24,000 nucleotides of DNA from Owariibacterium komagatae (GTDB taxonomy: Bacteria > Bacillota > Clostridia > Oscillospirales > Ruminococcaceae): contig NZ_AP031406.1 in assembly GCF_045865535.1 (NCBI RefSeq), positions 234,134-258,133 of the forward strand, given 5' to 3'. The position numbers and the translations under genes are program-made. The notes under the pieces were generated by a model. The model saw only the letters and a program-made list of their open reading frames with translations. It was not told the origin of the DNA and did no database searches. Every line of letters begins with the position of its first letter. Position 1 is the stretch's first letter. Below are positions 14,728 through 21,256 of the stretch, in pieces.

Positions 14728-15993
14728 ATGCAATATGTGTATGTCCTTAATATGCACGGCGAGCCTTTGATGCCGTGTTCCCCACGGAAGGCTCGCTTGC
14801 TTTTGAAAGAAGGAAAGGCTCGCGTTGTAAAACGCACGCCGTTCGCAATCAAACTTCTGCACGGAAGTGCGGGATACAAGCAACCCGTTGTCCTGGGCGT
14901 GGATGCAGGCTCCAAGCATGTGGGACTTTCTGCCTGTACTGAAAGCAGGGAACTCTACAAAGAAGAGCTGACACCCCGCAACGATGTGGTGGAGTTGCTC
15001 TCGGCGAGGCGGCAATACCGCCGTAGCCGTCGGAACCGCAAAACCAGATACAGGGCACCGCGTTTCAACAACCGGGTACACAGCAAGCACAAAGGCTGGC
15101 TGGCGCCGTCGGTGGAAGTCAAAATCCAGGAACACACCACCGTCATCAAGCGCGTTTGCAGGATTCTTCCCATCGTGCTGGTGCGTGTGGAAACCGCCGA
15201 ATTTGACACCCAGCGGCTAAAAGCCATGCTGGAAGGCAAGCCTCTGCCAGTGGGCAAAGACTACCAGCTCGGCGAGATGTACGACGAATACAATGTGCGC
15301 CAGTATGTCCTGAAACGGGACAGATACACTTGTCAGCACTGCGGCGCACATCCGACGTCTGAAAAAACGATTCGTTTGCATGTTCATCATCTGGAGAGCC
15401 GGAAAACCGGCGGGAACGCTCCCAACAATCTGATTGTCCTGTGCGAGCATTGCCACAAGGCACTGCACAAAGGGAAAATCAAACTGCGAAAGGGTAAAAA
15501 GCGCGGCAAGCCGTTGCGTGACGCTGCCTTCATGGGCATCATGCGCAACACGCTGCTGGCCCGCCTGTGGGATGAGCTGAACGTCCCCGTCGAACAGACC
15601 TACGGGTACATCACCAAGCTGTTGCGGGAGAAGAACAAAATTCCGAAAAGTCATGTGAACGATGCTCGCTGTATTGCCGGATTCCCAACCGCAGAGTCAT
15701 GCGATACGATGTTCCGCACGCGGGCACTCCGCCACCACAACCGGCAAATCCACAAGGCAAAAATCCTTAAAGGCGGCATCCGCAAAAAGAACCAGGCCCC
15801 GTACCTGGTGAAGGGATTCCGCCTCTGGGACAAGGTCCGGTATAACAGCGAAGAGTGCTTCATTACCGGCAGGCGTTCAAGCGGGTACTTTGCCCTTAAA
15901 AAGCACGACGGAACCGCTGTCTCAAACAGCGCGAGCTACAAAAAACTGACGCTGCTGGAGGCAGCGACAAATTATATCACAGAGAGGAGTTGA
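14728..15993 (+). CDS. iscB: IscB RNA-guided nuclease (PLMP, split RuvC, bridge helix, HNH), 421 aa
   Basis: Motifs seen: PLMP domain NMHGEPLMPCSPRKARLLLKEGKA; RuvC-I VLGVDAGSKHVG; Arg-rich bridge helix RRQYRRSRRNRKTRYRAPRF; RuvC-II VRVETAEFD; HNH CQHCG...HVHHLESRKTGGNAPNNLIVLCEHCHKALH; RuvC-III SHVNDARCIA. Confidence 0.85.
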   Translation: MQYVYVLNMHGEPLMPCSPRKARLLLKEGKARVVKRTPFAIKLLHGSAGYKQPVVLGVDAGSKHVGLSACTESRELYKEELTPRNDVVELLSARRQYRRSRRNRKTRYRAPRFNNRVHSKHKGWLAPSVEVKIQEHTTVIKRVCRILPIVLVRVETAEFDTQRLKAMLEGKPLPVGKDYQLGEMYDEYNVRQYVLKRDRYTCQHCGAHPTSEKTIRLHVHHLESRKTGGNAPNNLIVLCEHCHKALHKGKIKLRKGKKRGKPLRDAAFMGIMRNTLLARLWDELNVPVEQTYGYITKLLREKNKIPKSHVNDARCIAGFPTAESCDTMFRTRALRHHNRQIHKAKILKGGIRKKNQAPYLVKGFRLWDKVRYNSEECFITGRRSSGYFALKKHDGTAVSNSASYKKLTLLEAATNYITERS

Positions 15994-16005
15994 AGGCGCA
16001 TTCCT

Positions 16006-16025
16006 CCCACGACTGAAGTCGCGGG
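16006..16025 (+). repeat. right subterminal hairpin CCCACGACTGAAGTCGCGGG
   Basis: Identical copy of 14431-14450, lying 13 nt after the iscB stop codon. Confidence 0.75.
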
Positions 16026-16042
16026 TCTCCTGCGCCAAATTT

Positions 16043-16720
16043 ATGAAAAAGAACATCGTAGTCGCTGCTGTGGCTCTGTGTGCCATTGTGGTTGTTTGTG
16101 GCGTCGCGTATATGGGCGGCAGTTTCTTCTCCAACCCGAACGGTGTCAAATCTGAGTCCTCTTCTGTGGACCCGATGGATGGAGCAAACCCTGGTGCCTC
16201 TATGAAGAATGTGTCTCTGGACGAAAGCGAGATGCAGAAAGCGTTGGAAAATCTGGCGACTGAGCTGGATAAGTCCAATGGAGCTGATGGCGTAGAGCTT
16301 CGTGTAAATGAAAACGGGTGCTCTATGGTAACGGTTTCCGCAGAAGATGGCACCGAAAACGAACTGAATGCCGCTGATTCGGTCAAGGCTCTGTTCGAAC
16401 TGTATTTGAACGGCGGGTTCTTGGACGAAAAGGGGAACGTAACGGGGGCCATCGTAGTCCCCGAAGACGAAACCGCTGAACCGACTCCCACTCCCAACCC
16501 CAATAGTGCATCCGCCGAGGACATCATTGCTCGAAACGAGTTGGATGGCGAAGACACCATGATTGCCGGTTTCCCTGGCGAGGGAATGCTGGACGCAGGA
16601 GCACATGAGCCGTCCAGTGAGGGTGCATCGTCTGATGCGACGGAGACAACCAACAGCGCTGCTCAGAGCGAGAACGCTGCGGACAACGCGGAGACTTCGG
16701 CGCCTGAGAACGGAGGTTAA
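16043..16720 (+). CDS. hypothetical membrane-anchored or secreted acidic protein (225 aa)
   Basis: The hydrophobic N-terminus MKKNIVVAAVALCAIVVVCGVAYMGG is followed by an acidic, low-complexity E/D/S/N/A-rich sequence. I see no SD upstream, because the IscB element end lies 17 nt before the ATG. The two long minus-strand ORFs here are shadows. Confidence 0.6.
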   Translation: MKKNIVVAAVALCAIVVVCGVAYMGGSFFSNPNGVKSESSSVDPMDGANPGASMKNVSLDESEMQKALENLATELDKSNGADGVELRVNENGCSMVTVSAEDGTENELNAADSVKALFELYLNGGFLDEKGNVTGAIVVPEDETAEPTPTPNPNSASAEDIIARNELDGEDTMIAGFPGEGMLDAGAHEPSSEGASSDATETTNSAAQSENAADNAETSAPENGG

Positions 16721-16723
16721 TTG

Positions 16724-16858
16724 ATGGAGGATATTCTGATTTTCTTTCTCGGTGCCGGGTTCGGTGTCGCAATGGGCATCTTTATGCTTGCTTTGGTTTC
16801 CGTGAACAACGCCCGCCAGCCGACTCCTCACAAGAAGGCGGAGGATACTGGTGACTAA
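16724..16858 (+). CDS. possible 44-aa single-TM micro-protein
   Basis: ATG 16724 is 7 nt after GGAGG (16712-16716). The product is MEDILIFFLGAGFGVAMGIFMLALVSVNNARQPTPHKKAEDTGD: one TM helix and a charged tail. It is below the ORF-track size cutoff and overlaps the next gene's start by 8 nt. Confidence 0.35.
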   Translation: MEDILIFFLGAGFGVAMGIFMLALVSVNNARQPTPHKKAEDTGD

Positions 16859-17546
16859 GCTGAGATTCTCTCAGGCAGAACTAAAATTCGCTGCCGTCGT
16901 GGGCATGACTTTGAATCATGCCGCAGGAATTCTTCTGACGGACGGAATTATTCGGGAAATCATGCTGCTGGCAGGGGGTATCTCGATGCCCCTTTTTGCC
17001 CGCTTCCTTGCAGACGGATTCGAGTATACAAAGGACAGAGGAAAATACGTATTCCGACTTGGGGTCTCGGCGGTCATTTCCCATTTTGCCTTTTCGTTCG
17101 CTTTTGGAACGCCATATCTGGTGTCGAGTGCAGTTTTTACGCTTCTTCTTGCGTTCTTTGCCCTTTGTACGATTCATATGGACAACGTGCCCAGTTCGAT
17201 AAGAGGGCTTATGCTTTTTTGTATTCTCATCTGTTCTTTGATAGGCGATTGGGGATGGTGCGCAATCCTATGGACGATTCTTTTCGACCTTCTCAAGAAT
17301 TGCCCTAAGCGTCGATTTTTGATGATAACGGCATTCGTTCTGATAGGCGTAGCGTACGCCATTTTTATGTTCGGATTAACGGGAACGATAGCTATTCGAA
17401 ATTTTGGATTCCTTTTGGCGATTCCGCTGCTGCTGGCATACAGCGGGAAACAGGGAAGGCAGCCGAAGGCCCTCCGGTCCTGCTTATATCTTTATTATCC
17501 GGCACACTTATTTGTGCTGGGAATCATCAAGGATGTGATTGTGTGA
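16851..17546 (+). CDS. TraX-family integral membrane protein
   Basis: LKFAAVVGMTLNHAAGILL ... GGISMPLFARFLADGFEYTKDRGKYVFRLGVSAVISHFAF resembles the TraX family pattern (LK.iA...M..DH ... P.Fafl..eGf.hT....kY..RL). It has multiple TM helices. The start is GTG, with GGAGGA 6-7 nt upstream. Confidence 0.6.
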   Translation: MTKLRFSQAELKFAAVVGMTLNHAAGILLTDGIIREIMLLAGGISMPLFARFLADGFEYTKDRGKYVFRLGVSAVISHFAFSFAFGTPYLVSSAVFTLLLAFFALCTIHMDNVPSSIRGLMLFCILICSLIGDWGWCAILWTILFDLLKNCPKRRFLMITAFVLIGVAYAIFMFGLTGTIAIRNFGFLLAIPLLLAYSGKQGRQPKALRSCLYLYYPAHLFVLGIIKDVIV

Positions 17547-17995
17547 AAAAGTTTGTGTCGTGGTTTAACGGTTTGCCCCGAAAAACTCAGGCCATATCTG
17601 GATTCATCGTCATCCTGGCCCTCTGCGGACTATCTATTGGGACGGCGATTTTGCAAATCCAGCGGACGAAAAACGACGAATATCCTCCTGCGCCCGCTAT
17701 CTCGCAAAGTGCCGATTCGGAACAGTTCGTTCCGACGCCAGAGAGTGCCGCGAATGCTGATGAGAGCCAACACTTTGAGTCGGCTCTGTCCGAAACTGCT
17801 GTGCCGGATGGAATCGAAGACCGAATGGCCGAATGGTTGGCCGAAGCGGATGAGCCAAACGACCTGATGGAAAACGAGGATTTTGTGGACTTTATGCTAA
17901 ATGACGTCGGTATGTCTGAAGAGGAGCTGCGGGAGAATATAGCCGAAGCGCAGTCCGAGGTCGAAGCTGCCCGGGCAGAAGCTGCGAAGAGCTAA
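17543..17995 (+). CDS. hypothetical membrane-anchored acidic protein (150 aa)
   Basis: The GTG start overlaps the preceding stop (GTGTGA). TM helix AISGFIVILALCGLSIGTAIL is followed by an acidic E/D/A-rich tail. Confidence 0.6.
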   Translation: MKKFVSWFNGLPRKTQAISGFIVILALCGLSIGTAILQIQRTKNDEYPPAPAISQSADSEQFVPTPESAANADESQHFESALSETAVPDGIEDRMAEWLAEADEPNDLMENEDFVDFMLNDVGMSEEELRENIAEAQSEVEAARAEAAKS

Positions 17996-18001
17996 CGCTC
18001 G

Positions 18002-18022
18002 CCCCGAAAAACAGGGTATAAT
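18002..18022 (+). promoter_or_regulatory. promoter-like motif CCCCGAAAA-N6-TATAAT
   Basis: CCCCGAAAAACAGGGTATAAT has a perfect -10 hexamer. It lies 7 nt after the upstream stop codon and 98 nt before the kinase ATG. Confidence 0.4.
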
Positions 18023-18040
18023 GTCATCATCAAAGAATCA

Positions 18041-18089
18041 AATGCGGATGCTGTGTCACGAAAGTGGTGCGCATCCGCATTTTTCTTTG
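18041..18089 (+). terminator. long-stem rho-independent terminator or attenuator
   Basis: AATGCGGATGC (18041-18051) and GCATCCGCATT (18071-18081) form a perfect 11-bp stem. It extends through wobble pairs to a CAC-GAAA-GTG tip and is followed by TTTTCTTT. Confidence 0.55.
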
Positions 18090-18119
18090 AAAGTACATAA
18101 TTTTAGGAGGATTTGTAAA

Positions 18120-18563
18120 ATGCCTACGCTGTATGTTATGGTGGGGATTCCCGCTTCGGGAAAATCGACCTGGGCGAGTCATCAGAAAAACGCTGTTGTT
18201 GTAAGTTCCGATGCAATTCGGGAAGAGTTCTTTGGTTCTGCAAAGGTGCAGAAATCCCCGAAAATGGTTTTTGCTGAGTTTCATCAGAGAATCCGTTTGG
18301 CTTTGGCCGCCGGCCGAGATGTTATCGCGGATGCTACCCATGTATCTTTGAATAGCCGGCTGGAGACTCTTCGCAACGCACCGACCGGGACGACAAAAGT
18401 CGCCGTCCTTGCTGATGTACCGCTGGAAAAAGCTCTGCAAAACAATCTGAAACGGGAACGCCATGTTCCTGAGCACGTCATTCGACGGATGGCAAATCGC
18501 TTGCATTTTGAGCCGCTGTCTTCGGATGAAGGATTCGACGAAATCATTTGCTTAAAATTCTGA
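18120..18563 (+). CDS. P-loop kinase (AAA_33 / polynucleotide-kinase-like ATP-binding protein), 147 aa
   Basis: Walker A VMVGIPASGKSTWA sits at the N-terminus, followed by VVSSD. Size and layout match small nucleotide or polynucleotide kinases. ATG 18120 is 9 nt after AGGAGG (18105-18110). Confidence 0.7.
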   Translation: MPTLYVMVGIPASGKSTWASHQKNAVVVSSDAIREEFFGSAKVQKSPKMVFAEFHQRIRLALAAGRDVIADATHVSLNSRLETLRNAPTGTTKVAVLADVPLEKALQNNLKRERHVPEHVIRRMANRLHFEPLSSDEGFDEIICLKF

Positions 18564-18837
18564 GATTGGGCCCATTAACTTTACGTGTGGTTAATCCCTC
18601 GGACGGTTAAGGGGCGCAGGCAAGGATACCCGCCATCTGTGCGTTGGTCGCATGGATGGCAGGTACTCCAAAAGCGGACGTTCATGCTGCGGTCTCCGCA
18701 GCGAGCACTGCGGTGGTTATCCCAGCTCCGCACGAGTCTTCGGACTCATACTGCTTAGTGAACGTCCAGCCAGGGGAAACATCACCCGTGACGGGAGCAA
18801 TCCCGGACGCGGAGTCTTAACGAAAGGAGTGGCTCAC
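18564..18837 (+). ncRNA. putative omega-RNA of the second IscB
   Basis: This 274-nt GC-rich non-coding region lies directly upstream of and co-oriented with the second iscB, with many local stems (e.g. ATTAAC...GTTAAT at ~18575-18596, GCGGTCTCCGC near 18689). It has no sequence similarity to the first omega region. The ORF-track extension from 18652 has no RBS. Confidence 0.45.
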
Positions 18838-20307
18838 ATGGCCGCAGTATATGTGTTATCGAAAGCTGGTAAACCTTTGATGCCCACGACCCGCTGCGGC
18901 CATGTGCGCCATCTTCTCAAACAGAAGAAAGCGAAGGTCGTGGCAACAAAGCCGTTTACCATCCAACTGCTGTATGAATGCCCCGAAGAAAAGCAGCCTC
19001 TGGTCCTGGGTATCGACCCCGGGCGCACGAACATCGGCGTCGCTGTTGTCAAAGAGGACGGCGAACCTGTGTTTAGCGCCGAGGTCAGAACTCGGAATAA
19101 GGAAATCCCGAAGCTGATGACAAGCCGCAGGGCGTTCCGGCAGGCACACCGCCGCCTGGGCCGCCGCAAGGTTCGTCAGCGCAGGGCAAAGAAAGCTGGG
19201 ACGGTTATTCCCGGCGGCTCCATCAAGCGAGTTCTGCCCGGATGTGAGGAACCCATCGAGTGCAAGCTCATCCGTAATAAAGAAGTGCGGTTCAACAACC
19301 GCAAACGTCCCGCTGGATGGCTGACTCCGACGGCGAATCAGCTGCTGCTGACCCATCTGAACGTTGTGAAGAAAATCCAGAAGTTCATTCCCCTCAGCGA
19401 CGTTGTTCTGGAGTTGAACAAATTTGCCTTCATGGCAATAGACAATCCGAACATCAGGCGCTGGGAATACCAAAAGGGGTCGCTTCATGGCTTTAGCTCG
19501 GTGGAGGATGTGGTATTCCGCTTACAAGAGGGTCATTGCATCTTCTGCAAAAAGCCCATCGCGCATTATCACCATGTCGTGCCCGTCAGCAAAGGTGGTT
19601 CCAACACGCTGGAAAACCGTGTAGGCGTGTGTAAAAAACATCATGGGCTCGTGCATACGGACGCCGCATGGCGCGAAAAACTCACCAGAAAGAAAGCCGG
19701 CGCCAACAAAAAGTATCATGCGCTGAGTGTGTTGAACCAAATCATCCCTCGTCTGGAGCGCGAGTTGGCAACGGCCTTCCCCGGGCACTGTTTCGTGACC
19801 GAAGGCCAAAGCACGAAAGCGTTCCGCGATGCCAATGGCGTGGAGAAAACGCACCACAGCGATGCGTACTGCATTGCATGCTCGATTTTGCCGACGGCGA
19901 AGGTCTCTGTCCCTGAACAGATGTTTGAGATTCGACAGTTCCGACGCCACGACCGGCAGGCTGTCCATCAGGCTATGCTCGACAGGAAATATTACCTCGA
20001 CGGCAAACTGGTGGCGAAAAACCGGCACAAGGCTACCGAGCAATTTTCCGATAGCCTGGAAGAATTTGTCGCCAAAGGCGGCGACGTTTCCCAGCTCGTC
20101 GTGAAGGAGCATAAGCCCGTCTACAAGCGGCAGGACCGCTGGATGCCGGGCAGCATTATTTTGTTCGACGGTACAGTCGGTGTACTGGACCATTCAGCGG
20201 GCTTTCATAACGGCAAAGTTGATTATTACTTTGATACAAAAGGAAACCGCTCCCATTCAAATAAGTGTATCTTGCTGGCTCGCTCCACAGGTCTTGTGGT
20301 GGTGTGA
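18838..20307 (+). CDS. iscB: IscB RNA-guided nuclease, second divergent copy (489 aa)
   Basis: ATG 18838 is 8 nt after AAAGGAG. Motifs seen: [32 protein letters not shown]; Ruv[18 protein letters not shown]; bridge helix [23 protein letters not shown]; Ruv[11 protein letters not shown]; [43 protein letters not shown]; Ruv[13 protein letters not shown]. Confidence 0.85.
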   Translation: MAAVYVLSKAGKPLMPTTRCGHVRHLLKQKKAKVVATKPFTIQLLYECPEEKQPLVLGIDPGRTNIGVAVVKEDGEPVFSAEVRTRNKEIPKLMTSRRAFRQAHRRLGRRKVRQRRAKKAGTVIPGGSIKRVLPGCEEPIECKLIRNKEVRFNNRKRPAGWLTPTANQLLLTHLNVVKKIQKFIPLSDVVLELNKFAFMAIDNPNIRRWEYQKGSLHGFSSVEDVVFRLQEGHCIFCKKPIAHYHHVVPVSKGGSNTLENRVGVCKKHHGLVHTDAAWREKLTRKKAGANKKYHALSVLNQIIPRLERELATAFPGHCFVTEGQSTKAFRDANGVEKTHHSDAYCIACSILPTAKVSVPEQMFEIRQFRRHDRQAVHQAMLDRKYYLDGKLVAKNRHKATEQFSDSLEEFVAKGGDVSQLVVKEHKPVYKRQDRWMPGSIILFDGTVGVLDHSAGFHNGKVDYYFDTKGNRSHSNKCILLARSTGLVVV

Positions 20308-20359
20308 ATCGCAAAAAACACACAGAAAGTTTGGAAGCCCTGAATTAGGAGGAAAAGTT

Positions 20360-20776
20360 ATGACTATTAAAGGCTGGGCTATTTTCGGTATCGTCACCGC
20401 ATGCGTAATTGTATTTACTGCTGTGGCGTTTCTCTTTGTGAACGAAAATATGGCTCGCAGTAAAAAGCGGATTTTTACAAGTCTGGGAGTAGTTTTGGTC
20501 GCCGGGTCGCTCATTATAGGTGCGTTTGCTGGCTTGCATTGGTATTATACTGAAACGGCTGAGGGTCGCAGAGCAGTTATCGACCAGCAGAGTAATATCA
20601 ACAATGGGCTTGAACGAACCATCAATATTCTCAATGCGGATGGGGAAGTCATCCGCACCTATACAGGCGTTATTGATATTGAGGGAAACGACGGCGGGTA
20701 TGTAGTCTTTGATTACAACGGAAGGCGTTACACCTACTATAACTGCTACCTGGAGTCGATTGCAGATATCGAATGA
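20360..20776 (+). CDS. hypothetical two-TM membrane protein (138 aa)
   Basis: ATG 20360 is 7 nt after AGGAGG (20347-20352). TM helices are WAIFGIVTACVIVFTAVAFLF and LGVVLVAGSLIIGAFAGL, followed by a soluble C-terminal domain. Confidence 0.65.
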   Translation: MTIKGWAIFGIVTACVIVFTAVAFLFVNENMARSKKRIFTSLGVVLVAGSLIIGAFAGLHWYYTETAEGRRAVIDQQSNINNGLERTINILNADGEVIRTYTGVIDIEGNDGGYVVFDYNGRRYTYYNCYLESIADIE

Positions 20777-20852
20777 GCAAAAACTTTGGTGCATTCCTCC
20801 TCAGCCTTCAGGCGGGGGGAGAGAGCGCCAGAAAAATGAAAGGACATACGCT

Positions 20853-21242
20853 ATGGAAAAAGTAAAGCCTTGTACGGCTCAGTACGACCGCACGGTTTAC
20901 AGTTCGTTTCGCACCAGGGATATTTTGACCCGGGGTTTTGATGAAATCCAAATCCTGCTTCGATATCTGTATATGAACGAAGACCATGCCATCATTTTCG
21001 ATAACGGCCTCTGTAAACTTGAAATCAAAATGACGCCCAGTATGGATTTAACGGCGCGTAATCTGAATTTTCCCGATTTCCCCGCGACTCATCGGCCGAT
21101 TGAACTGCCGGAACTTTTGGGAATCATCGAGCAGCTGGAAGAAACTCCGGCGGTCGAATACCCCGACAGTTTCGCGAATCGTTGGGAAGAAGTGAAAACC
21201 ATCTGTGCAAGCACGATGGTCCAGAACTATATCAAAAAATAA
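20853..21242 (+). CDS. hypothetical protein (129 aa)
   Basis: The ATG is preceded by a weak SD (AAAGGA, 20838-20843), and the ORF fills the gap up to ligA. I recognise no motif. Confidence 0.5.
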   Translation: MEKVKPCTAQYDRTVYSSFRTRDILTRGFDEIQILLRYLYMNEDHAIIFDNGLCKLEIKMTPSMDLTARNLNFPDFPATHRPIELPELLGIIEQLEETPAVEYPDSFANRWEEVKTICASTMVQNYIKK

Positions 21243-21256
21243 CGGAGGAAACAGCT

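Larger units (their letters stand above)
14425..16030 (+). mobile_element. non-autonomous IS200/IS605-type (IscB-carrying) element; boundaries approximate
   Basis: An IscB ORF with a ~300-nt upstream non-coding region is bracketed by two identical 20-nt hairpin sequences (14431-14450 and 16006-16025). No tnpA is present. The element sits between a terminator and the next gene. Confidence 0.55.
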
